Shown here in pieces: positions 1 to 7,604 of a stretch of DNA of 25,770 bases. The position numbers and the translations under genes are program-made. Source of the stretch: Promethearchaeota archaeon (GTDB lineage: Archaea; Asgardarchaeota; Lokiarchaeia; Sigyniarchaeales; SOKP01); the NCBI GenBank assembly GCA_048941265.1, contig JBHLNT010000004.1, positions 55,332 through 81,101 of the forward strand, given 5' to 3'. Position 1 is the first letter of the stretch. The number at the start of each line of letters is the position of its first letter. The notes beneath the pieces are model-generated. The model worked only from the letters and a program-made list of their open reading frames with translations, searched no databases and had not been told where the DNA came from.

Positions 1-1357
1 CAGTGGAATCCCTTACTACTTGCATGCCTATTACTTTGCAAGCCAAGGTTACGGAATGACTATCCTTTATGATTTTTTCCCAATATATAAAATCTAAGTC
101 GATATCTCCCCTATAGAATGACCAAAACCAAGTTTTTAACTTTAGTTTATCTTCTTTTTCATTTATAGATTTTAAAAACTTTATTATTTTTAGATACTTT
201 TTTTCATCCAATTTGCAAAGAAAGCACTCATATAGTAAATTTTCAATGACAGGCTTTAAGAACTCTTCATTCGCAATGTATCTACTGGTCTTATTATAAT
301 CTCCAGAGAAATAAGATGAAATTCTTTTTCTAATCTGCCTTACTGAAACTTTTATGTTATAAAATTTCAACAAATATTCTTTTATTGTTTTATATTCGAA
401 TCCAAAAGTTATCATCATGCTTATATCATACATTGGTAATTCAATACCTAAACCACCACCACCTCCATGAATTTCGTTAAGCCCATTAATCTTATAGTTT
501 ATTCTATCAATAAGACCATTTGTATATAGTTTCTCTTTATGAATTGCAGTTGAAATAGATTTGTGTATTTCAAGAACTTCCTTTTCGAACAAATATTCGC
601 ATTCTTTAACCAATGGCATCACCGCATCTCCTATCTCATAAAATTTTTTATTGGAAATTTGTGAATGATAATACTTAAAATCCAAATCTGTCAAACCGTG
701 AGTTTTTAAAGCCTGAATAATGACTTCAGCTTTTTTAGTCATAGATTTTTCTGTTAAATATCTGATTATTGAGTCAGCAATATGTTGAGCAAATCGGATT
801 TCCTCTGTTTCAACAGTAATACCTAAATAATACCTATTCTTTTCTGAATCATATAAATATCGCCACCTATAGATAATAGCACCATATGCTTTTTTATCTA
901 AGATATCTTCAAACAATTTATCTCCTACTAGATCTCTTGTTACATAATCTCTGATGGTTATTTCTCCAGTTTCGGGATTCTGAGATTTAAATATAGATAA
1001 GTATTTTATAGCAAATTTCGGACTTGATTCATTAAGATATAAAGGATATTTATGTGATTTAATTAGGTTTTCAAGAATAATTTCTATTTTCTCAAATAGA
1101 CTGGGGTATAGTTTTTCATAATTTTGCTTAAAGCTTTCATACCATCGAAGTTCAACTTCTTCTCTTGATATTTGGATAATAGAGACTTCTTTATTAATTA
1201 CACTGATAGTATTAATGGGCGCAAATATATCAGATATCTGTTTAATATTATTTTGAAGACAATTACTCTCATAGTTTGAATCTTTATTTACAACATCATT
1301 AATAAAACAAAAATTTTCCTCAGCAGGACATTCCAATACTTTTTTTTTATCATCCAT
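1..1357 (-). CDS. Large protein (>=452 aa, 3' end outside window) with internal GIY-YIG endonuclease domain followed by an HTH-like helical region
   Basis: Hand-translated from ATG at 1357 (MDDKKKVLECPAEE...); no stop down to position 1. Contains GAIIYRW...NRYYLGIT....EIRFAQH (Y163, Y177/G179, R188, H192), ALKTHG, FEKEVLE, HKEKLY (E275) and NGLNEIHGGGGG (N294), the full GIY-YIG motif set. Not in the supplied ORF track because it has no stop in the window. Confidence 0.8.
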   Translation of the reverse strand, partial: MDDKKKVLECPAEENFCFINDVVNKDSNYESNCLQNNIKQISDIFAPINTISVINKEVSIIQISREEVELRWYESFKQNYEKLYPSLFEKIEIILENLIKSHKYPLYLNESSPKFAIKYLSIFKSQNPETGEITIRDYVTRDLVGDKLFEDILDKKAYGAIIYRWRYLYDSEKNRYYLGITVETEEIRFAQHIADSIIRYLTEKSMTKKAEVIIQALKTHGLTDLDFKYYHSQISNKKFYEIGDAVMPLVKECEYLFEKEVLEIHKSISTAIHKEKLYTNGLIDRINYKINGLNEIHGGGGGLGIELPMYDISMMITFGFEYKTIKEYLLKFYNIKVSVRQIRKRISSYFSGDYNKTSRYIANEEFLKPVIENLLYECFLCKLDEKKYLKIIKFLKSINEKEDKLKLKTWFWSFYRGDIDLDFIYWEKIIKDSHSVTLACKVIGMQVVRDST

Positions 1358-1603
1358 CTAAATAGTACCGTCTTAAATCTTTCAAAATTTTCTTTTTTCA
1401 ATTCGAATTATATTCAAATCTTCTAAATTAAAAGTTTTTAACTTCGAATATTTGTTTATAACCATCGTATTTAAATTATCACTCGTCTTAGGTTTTTAAT
1501 TTTCATCTATTCAACATAATAAATTATAAAAAATCAGAGGTCCCTCACACTTTTATACTTGAAAAACTGTTTTTTAACCAATAATGCAAATTTTAGTGAA
1601 TAA

Positions 1604-1933
1604 ATGAAAATGAAAGAAGAATTGGATTTTAGAGTCTACTCTAGAAGACATGGTAAGTACGATACTTATAAAATATCACGAATATCAAATGGGTGGCACA
1701 TAAAATTTTTGGTTCATACTGGAAATTGCGACCAAAAGGGAGAACCATATTTATATAGAAATTTTAGACAAGATTTTATTTCCTATCCACATGATTTGCC
1801 AGAAATCTTAGAAATTTTATGGGAACAAGCTGATGAATTGAATAAAGATCAATTACAAGAAAAAATTAATGAAATTGCTGAATGGATAAGCATAACTGAG
1901 CGTTCTCATCCAAGTTGGAATGGATACTATTAG
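1604..1933 (+). CDS. Small soluble protein resembling the integron gene-cassette protein family VCH_CASS14
   Basis: Motifs FRVYSRRHG.DTY.I....GW, G.CD..GEP.L...F..D.I.YP, LWEQA and L...I.EIAEWIS..E match the family consensus as I recall it (YSRRWGH.D.Y...GW...D.I.YP...LW..A...ADWIS..E). Not verified by HMM. Confidence 0.65.
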   Translation: MKMKEELDFRVYSRRHGKYDTYKISRISNGWHIKFLVHTGNCDQKGEPYLYRNFRQDFISYPHDLPEILEILWEQADELNKDQLQEKINEIAEWISITERSHPSWNGYY

Positions 1934-1972
1934 TGTATGATTTCAAAAATAAGGATATGTGAGTAAAAGATT

Positions 1973-2497
1973 ATGGCGGATGATTATTTAATAATTGCTT
2001 ATCTTAATCTAACAATTTCTATTATTTGGATAATTGGATTCTTTTATTGGAATTGGAGACAAAATAAAACTATAAAAGATTTAACTCTAAGATTGTCCCT
2101 TAAAAAATCCCTTTTTTCTCACTTCTATGAAATTTTAAAGGATATCTTAAATGAAATGTTATTAAGTTTTAAAGAAAAAGTTGACAATAGTAATTATTTG
2201 TATTATAAAAATAGCTATACTGATATATTTCAATTGCGTAAAGCAAATAGATTTTTAACAAAAATATATGCAGAAATTGGATATTTAAAAACTTATCAGG
2301 AGATTAGAGAATTTGAGAGTAAAAATAGCATAAGATTCATAGGTTCAGGAATTAGAATTGAAGCAGGAGTTATTTCTATTCATAGAAGTTGGGAAGATTT
2401 TTTAACAAATCCAGATAATCCAGAAATAGTCATATCAGATATTTTAATGGAAGTAAAACAAATGGCAAAAGAGAATGGAATCTATATTAGAAATTAG
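1973..2497 (+). CDS. Hypothetical protein with a single N-terminal transmembrane helix
   Basis: Residues ~6-27 (LIIAYLNLTISIIWIIGFFYW) are hydrophobic, followed by basic NWRQNK and a soluble helical domain; 39 bp downstream of the previous ORF on the same strand. Confidence 0.7.
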   Translation: MADDYLIIAYLNLTISIIWIIGFFYWNWRQNKTIKDLTLRLSLKKSLFSHFYEILKDILNEMLLSFKEKVDNSNYLYYKNSYTDIFQLRKANRFLTKIYAEIGYLKTYQEIREFESKNSIRFIGSGIRIEAGVISIHRSWEDFLTNPDNPEIVISDILMEVKQMAKENGIYIRN

Positions 2498-2506
2498 AAT
2501 TTACTT

Positions 2507-3283
2507 TTAAGATATTAATTTATTTGCATCTATCTGATATCCAATAGCTTTCATTTCTTTAACTAACCTCATTTTCCAAGCTCCTTTTTCATCATAATTA
2601 CAGTAAACTAATCCATCTATATCTGATGGCTTTTCAAATGATTCTGACTCTTTATATAAAATGAAGACATGATCCCTTCCTAACTTCCCTATAAAAAATC
2701 CGAATTCAAATACTACATTTTGCCTTGCTCTCTCTTTTAAAGTTGAATCATTCTTTAAACTTCCTTTATCATCTGGAGTTAAAAGTACAATTGCATATCC
2801 TACATTTGAATGATCTTCAAATTTTTCAAGTATTATCCTTCCTTTATTTGCCTGTTCATGCAAAATTATAGGCTCTAAATCAAGTTTAATTAGCGTGTTT
2901 TTAATCTTTTCCTTTAATTCTTCATCTCTTCCATGTACAATAAAAACTTGATTTGGAAAATAGTTTTTCTTAGCTATTTCTGCAGTATTGTCATCAAGAT
3001 CTAATCTTAGTTCTTCAGTGTATGCTGATAACTTAGAAATCATTGTTTTTTTATCATATTTCTCCCAATTACTAGTAAAGGTGTGATGTGAATCGCCAAA
3101 GGTAACAGCAACTGGACCATATTGTATATTATTAAAATCTTTAAAATTCAAAGAATCACTTCCAAAAATTTTTCTAACAACCATATTTGCTTTTTCAATT
3201 ACTCCATTTCTTTGATCATATTGTGTTCCTTTTATTTCTTCTATTAAATTGTTAAGAAGTATTATGGCTTTTTCAGTTTTCAA
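2507..3283 (-). CDS. TIR-like domain nucleotide-binding protein (COG4271 / Cap12-PycTIR-type TIR) with N-terminal helical domain
   Basis: VFIVHGRD, LEPIILHEQ.N.G..ILEKFE, YAIVLLTPDD, RARQNVVFEFGFFIGKLGR and PSDIDGL are diagnostic. TTG start at 3283 is preceded by an AGGTGAT RBS. Confidence 0.92.
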   Translation of the reverse strand: MKTEKAIILLNNLIEEIKGTQYDQRNGVIEKANMVVRKIFGSDSLNFKDFNNIQYGPVAVTFGDSHHTFTSNWEKYDKKTMISKLSAYTEELRLDLDDNTAEIAKKNYFPNQVFIVHGRDEELKEKIKNTLIKLDLEPIILHEQANKGRIILEKFEDHSNVGYAIVLLTPDDKGSLKNDSTLKERARQNVVFEFGFFIGKLGRDHVFILYKESESFEKPSDIDGLVYCNYDEKGAWKMRLVKEMKAIGYQIDANKLIS

Positions 3284-3287
3284 TTAC

Positions 3288-3294
3288 ATCACCT
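3288..3294 (-). promoter_or_regulatory. Archaeal-type Shine-Dalgarno AGGTGAT for the TIR gene
   Basis: The + strand atcacct at 3288-3294 lies 4 nt upstream of the TTG start. Confidence 0.6.
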
Positions 3295-3567
3295 AAAACA
3301 CTGAAATTATTTTTAATATTTTTAAATTTTTTTACTAAATCTTACTGTAATTATAATAATATCATAATCTTTGATACTTATTTTTTTTGACATTTTTCAA
3401 CAATATCTAAACATTGAGTTTTTAATGAGAGATGTAGAGGTATTTTGAAAGCTTGACTATATTTTTTTTCTCAAAAAGCCTTAGATTAATCGATTATATA
3501 TATTGATTTAAATAAATAATAAATATTAAAAAAAAACTAAAGCAAAAATAAAAATGGAGAATATATA

Positions 3568-5022
3568 ATGGGCGAATTGATTACTGAAAATAGAGGAGAA
3601 CGCTTAGAAGTGCCCCAAAGAAGTTCAAAAAAAATGGTGCTTTTTCAACTGCATATCATTATAGGGGGCATACTTTATACAATGTGGAATCGTATTCAAT
3701 TTTTTGCAGTATCACTACTACTAATACCTCAGTTTACAATAGTTTTAATTTATTTAGTTTACTCGATTATTGACAGTGCAAACGACCCTATTACAGGTTA
3801 TCTTATTGATCGATCAAAGAAATTTACTAAGCAATATGGTAAACGTTTTCCTTGGATAATGCTCGGGACGATTGTTGCTCCTCTCTTTTTAGTCTTGTGC
3901 TTTATACCTATTGTTCTGATACAAGTTGATTCTAAAGGGAATGTGACTAACCCAGATGCAGTAATTATAGCTTCTCTTTGGTTAATACTTTTAATGTGCG
4001 TATATGAATCATTTAGGACTATCGCAGAAGTAAATATTAACGCTTTAATCCCCGATATGTACCGTGGAGATGAGCAGAGAAGAGAATTGGGCTATATAGG
4101 GCAAGTTATTAGTATAATAAGCAGTTTATTAGGTGCAATCCTTATTCCATTATTGCTAGTCATTTATGGTGGAGTTACATCAATTCAGGCTTATATTTTT
4201 ACTGTTATAACAATTGTAATTATTACTTATACTTTAATGCTTCCGTTTGGCTTTGGTGCACGCGAACCTGAGGATATGAGAATTTTTCGAGCAGCTTTAG
4301 ATGAAGCTGGAAAAGGTACCTCTCCTGTCAAAGAGGTGGTGATTCGGGTATTAAAAGATAGAAATTGGATGGCATTTACTATGGCGGTATTTTTTTGGTC
4401 AATCGCCGGAATGTGTCTGGTTGCAGGGTTGGATTTTTTTATAGTACATTACCTAGGCTTGGAGTATAGTGCGATCATATTTCCGTCATTAATGGCAATC
4501 GCGGGGGGTATTGTCTCTATTCCAATTTTTGCCAAAATAATAAAGAAATTTGGAGCCAAAAAAGCTTACTTAACGAGCTTAATTTTGTTTGCCATTTTTT
4601 ATTTAATATTCTTTTTTATCGAAGATATAATTGAACTAACTATTGCATTTTTTTTAGTTGGAATAGCTGCTGGGGGGCAAGGCATAACTTATATTATTGT
4701 ATCGAGCGAAGCAATTGATAATAGCGTCTTACTCTCGAATAAAAGGGAGGAGGGAACATATAATGGGATATTACGAATATTTACAGGTTTTAGTTATGTT
4801 TTTCAAGCCCTCATTTTCGCGATTGTCAGTGCTAATTCAGGATATATTCCCGCGAGGGGAAAAAATCAAACTGAACTTGCAAGATTTGGATTAAAGCTAC
4901 AAATGTCTCTAATTCCGATGGTAATTATTTTGATAGGGATAATTATTTTTATCTACTTCTATAATATTACTAAAGAAACTGCTTTAGCAAACAGGAGAAA
5001 ATTGTTAGAAAAGCGGCTTTAA
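3568..5022 (+). CDS. MFS transporter, glycoside-pentoside-hexuronide (GPH/MelB-like) cation symporter family
   Basis: About 12 hydrophobic segments. Motifs IDSANDPITGYLIDRS...YGKRFPW, ALIPDMY, KKFGAKK and EAID....KREEGTYNG are typical of GPH/MFS_2. GGAGA lies upstream of the ATG. Confidence 0.88.
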   Translation: MGELITENRGERLEVPQRSSKKMVLFQLHIIIGGILYTMWNRIQFFAVSLLLIPQFTIVLIYLVYSIIDSANDPITGYLIDRSKKFTKQYGKRFPWIMLGTIVAPLFLVLCFIPIVLIQVDSKGNVTNPDAVIIASLWLILLMCVYESFRTIAEVNINALIPDMYRGDEQRRELGYIGQVISIISSLLGAILIPLLLVIYGGVTSIQAYIFTVITIVIITYTLMLPFGFGAREPEDMRIFRAALDEAGKGTSPVKEVVIRVLKDRNWMAFTMAVFFWSIAGMCLVAGLDFFIVHYLGLEYSAIIFPSLMAIAGGIVSIPIFAKIIKKFGAKKAYLTSLILFAIFYLIFFFIEDIIELTIAFFLVGIAAGGQGITYIIVSSEAIDNSVLLSNKREEGTYNGILRIFTGFSYVFQALIFAIVSANSGYIPARGKNQTELARFGLKLQMSLIPMVIILIGIIIFIYFYNITKETALANRRKLLEKRL

Positions 5023-5145
5023 AGGAATTTAACCAAAAAACTTATTTTTTTCTTTCATTTAATTTTGAAAATAGAAATCATTAATAATGTTGATAAAATA
5101 TTTTTTTAAATACTCAGAAAGAGTAAACCATTTAAAAACCTACTA

Positions 5146-5480
5146 TTAGAACTTAATTCCTCCCATTGAATGACAGACAAAATCAACATTATCACAGATA
5201 TATTTGTCATTTTCAATCATGAAATCTTTTAGAGCCTCTGAACTATCTTTAATCAGAGTATTAATATAAAAATCCTCTCCTATATCTTTTGGATTAATAT
5301 AATATTCTATAGCCAGTGCGTTTTCATAATAATAATCGTTATGATTTTCATTTGCATACTCATTAAATCTCTTATCTTTCCAGGCTGCTTGCGTTATTAT
5401 CAGATACCGAATTACGGAGTTTCATCTTCAGAGTTGAGTTTATTTAAAAAGTTACTTACTAGTTGTTGCATTTGAATAGC
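5146..5480 (-). pseudogene. Degraded alpha/beta-hydrolase (lipase/PGAP1-like) fragment
   Basis: Minus frame 5412->5146 reads IRYLIITQAAWKDKRFNEYANENHNDYYYENALAIEYY...KDSSEALKDFMIENDKYICDNVDFVCHSMGGIKF*. It has a nucleophile-elbow motif VDFVCHSMGG and stops 3 codons later. The frame has no start upstream of the motif region apart from an internal Met. An upstream frame (QMQQLVSNFLNKLNSEDETP*) joins via a frameshift near 5415. Confidence 0.65.
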
Positions 5481-5573
5481 ATGATAAGAAAAAAAATTTA
5501 AACGTTCTACTTTTCCTATTTTTATTTTAAAATAATAAGAATCGCAAAAAAAAACTCAACAATAAAATAAAGT

Positions 5574-6113
5574 TTAAGAATTGCATTTTTCATTAAAAAA
5601 ATCTTCAATTTCATTATATTTTTTAAATAATAGACACGCTATTACTATTAGTAAGAGTGCATGAAAAAAATTTAGAACTGCGAAATTATAAATGATTGGA
5701 TTATAATATTTCTCAAAAATAATAATTACGAATAAAGATGAAAAATTAGAAAAAAAAATTACCATTATGAAAAAACCATTTAATGTTTTCCATAAAATTG
5801 ATGACTCCCAATCAAACGAAGAAAACTCAAGATAAGAATAAAAGATAAATCCAAGCAATAATAAAACACTATAAATCAAAAAATTTAAAACTGTCAATCT
5901 TATGCCCATTATATTTGATTTTAAGATAAATAAGCAGTTCAATAACGCGATCAGACTCAAAATTATAAAAAAGATAGCAGATAATAAATAAATATTTCTA
6001 AATGAGCTAATGATTAGAAATACTACTCCAGTAAATAGAAATTGTAGCCCATAAAATAAATTCAAAATAATTATTGAAGTAAGATAAGTTTTTATCACTT
6101 TTATTTTTAACAT
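5574..6113 (-). CDS. Hypothetical multi-pass membrane protein, divergent paralogue of 6349..6801 and 7000..7482
   Basis: 4-5 hydrophobic segments. Its N-terminus aligns without gaps to 7000..7482 (MLKIKVIKTYLTSIIILNLFYGL...G vs MFEIKSPKKFLRRLIIVELLFGL...G; 13/34 identities). It shares KSN..G..L with 6349..6801. Confidence 0.7.
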   Translation of the reverse strand: MLKIKVIKTYLTSIIILNLFYGLQFLFTGVVFLIISSFRNIYLLSAIFFIILSLIALLNCLFILKSNIMGIRLTVLNFLIYSVLLLLGFIFYSYLEFSSFDWESSILWKTLNGFFIMVIFFSNFSSLFVIIIFEKYYNPIIYNFAVLNFFHALLLIVIACLLFKKYNEIEDFFNEKCNS

Positions 6114-6170
6114 ATTAAACCACTTATGCTAATTAATTGTTTATTTATAAAAAGAATCTTAAAGAATATA

Positions 6171-6300
6171 TAAAATAAGTATAATTGAGATATTATTCTT
6201 AACGTATATTTAATCTTATAGTTAGTATTACATATTGCTATTAAAAACTATTAGATTTCCAAAAATCAGACATTTTAAAATTTAAATTTAAAGATTTCTT
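6171..6300 (+). repeat. Direct repeat copy 1 (130 bp; partner 7475..7604)
   Basis: Ungapped hand alignment at offset 1304 gives 119/130 identical; weaker similarity extends left to about 6147/7451. Confidence 0.92.
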
Positions 6301-6348
6301 TATAATTTATATTTCAAATATTATAAAATTAAAATTACAATTCCTAAT

Positions 6349-6801
6349 ATGATGGAAATTAAATCTCCGAATAAGTTTTTAAGACAACTAAAAACTGTAG
6401 AAATGATCCTTGGATTAGGATTAATCGCTCTTGGAAATCTTCTACTTCTAAATCTTTACATTTATCTTTATAATAAAAGAGGTTATTACAAATATACCAT
6501 TTTCGAAACTAGCTTTTATGTTATTCTAATAATAATAGGTTTTTGTAAACTCATAAGTTTTCTATTGTTAAAAAAATCAAATCATCAGGGATTGAATCTA
6601 AGCATGATATCCTTTATTTTACTTACCATCAATTTTCTCTATTTAAGTACCTTGATTTTTATATTTGAAATTATTTATATATTTACTGGAGGAGAGCTAA
6701 TAATTTATTCGATTCAATTTGCACTCTCAAGCTTTGTTTCCTTGGTCTCAATCTATATGTTTTTAATTATTTTTAGAAATCGATCTTATTTAATCTTTTA
6801 A
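6349..6801 (+). CDS. Hypothetical 4-TM membrane protein (paralogue A)
   Basis: Four hydrophobic segments; shares EIKSP.KFLR.L, GLGLI.LG, LYIY.Y...GYYKYT.F and KKS.HQGLN.SM with 7000..7482. Confidence 0.8.
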   Translation: MMEIKSPNKFLRQLKTVEMILGLGLIALGNLLLLNLYIYLYNKRGYYKYTIFETSFYVILIIIGFCKLISFLLLKKSNHQGLNLSMISFILLTINFLYLSTLIFIFEIIYIFTGGELIIYSIQFALSSFVSLVSIYMFLIIFRNRSYLIF

Positions 6802-6999
6802 ATAAATTCATCCTTGTCCTATATAGTTTTTTTCTTTATGGATTTTTAGAATTAATAAAACTTCTTGACTCTAATACCTCTTTAAAAATTTATTAATCTA
6901 GAAATCCTATAAATAGCAACAGTTATTTTTGTTAAAAAAAATACTTCAAAATAAATTCAGGATAATTTAATATCAAATACCGCCAAATTAAAAATTATA

Positions 7000-7482
7000 A
7001 TGATTTTTATGTTTGAAATAAAATCTCCGAAAAAATTTTTAAGACGACTAATCATTGTAGAATTGCTCTTTGGTTTAGGTTTAATTACTCTTGGAAGTTT
7101 TCTACTTATCGATCTTTACATTTATGTTTATATCAATCATGGATATTATAAATATACCGTTTTCGGAATTATCTTTGATGTTCTTTTAGCAATAACAGGT
7201 TTGCTTAAAGTCATTAGTTATTTATTAATGAAAAAATCATACCACCAAGGATTGAATGCAAGCATGTTATCCTTGCTTTTTCTAGCATCAAATTTTTTAT
7301 ATTTATGTGTTTTCATTTTTGTATTTGGACTAATAAACGTACTTCCTCCTGCTCCAACTGGAGCAGGATTAGTGATTTATTCCGCTCAATTTGTTCTCTC
7401 AAGTATGGTTTTTTTAATTTTGGTTTACTTTTTTTTATTAATTTTAATTAATAAAGAAAATCTAAAAAAATCTTTAAAATAA
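7000..7482 (+). CDS. Hypothetical 4-TM membrane protein (paralogue B); true start probably ATG at 7009
   Basis: Clear paralogue of 6349..6801, with roughly 55-60% identity by eye over the first ~110 aa. Alignment puts MFEIKSP (7009) opposite MMEIKSP, and the ~50 bp upstream are also similar. Confidence 0.8.
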   Translation: MIFMFEIKSPKKFLRRLIIVELLFGLGLITLGSFLLIDLYIYVYINHGYYKYTVFGIIFDVLLAITGLLKVISYLLMKKSYHQGLNASMLSLLFLASNFLYLCVFIFVFGLINVLPPAPTGAGLVIYSAQFVLSSMVFLILVYFFLLILINKENLKKSLK

Positions 7483-7604
7483 GGATAACTGAGATATTAT
7501 TGTTAATGTATATTTAATCTTATAGTTAGTATTACATATTTCTCTTAAAATTTATTAGATTTTCAAAAATCAGACATTTTAAAATTTGATTTTAAAGATT
7601 TCTT
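7475..7604 (+). repeat. Direct repeat copy 2 (130 bp; partner 6171..6300); spans the stop of paralogue B and the last codons of the HEAT gene
   Basis: 119/130 identity to 6171..6300. Confidence 0.92.

Noticed and set aside
1-1357. Reverse transcriptase/retron, intron-encoded or intein-encoded endonuclease
   Set aside because: No YxDD RT motif or intein splice motifs in the visible 452 aa, and no interrupted host gene is visible; the part beyond the window cannot be judged.
1934-2506. Integron cassette array (attC sites) around the VCH_CASS14-like gene
   Set aside because: The gaps are only 39 bp and 9 bp, with no RYYYAAC/GTTRRRY-bounded hairpin; no integrase is in the window and gene orientations are mixed.
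3488-3508. Imperfect palindrome aatcgattatatatattgatt upstream of the MFS gene as an operator
   Set aside because: Mostly A/T, a single instance, and no regulator gene nearby; not distinguishable from chance.
6171-7604. The 130-bp repeats as CRISPR repeats, IS ends or attC sites
   Set aside because: There are only two long direct copies, no spacer array, no transposase, no terminal inverted repeats and no attC-like internal palindrome.
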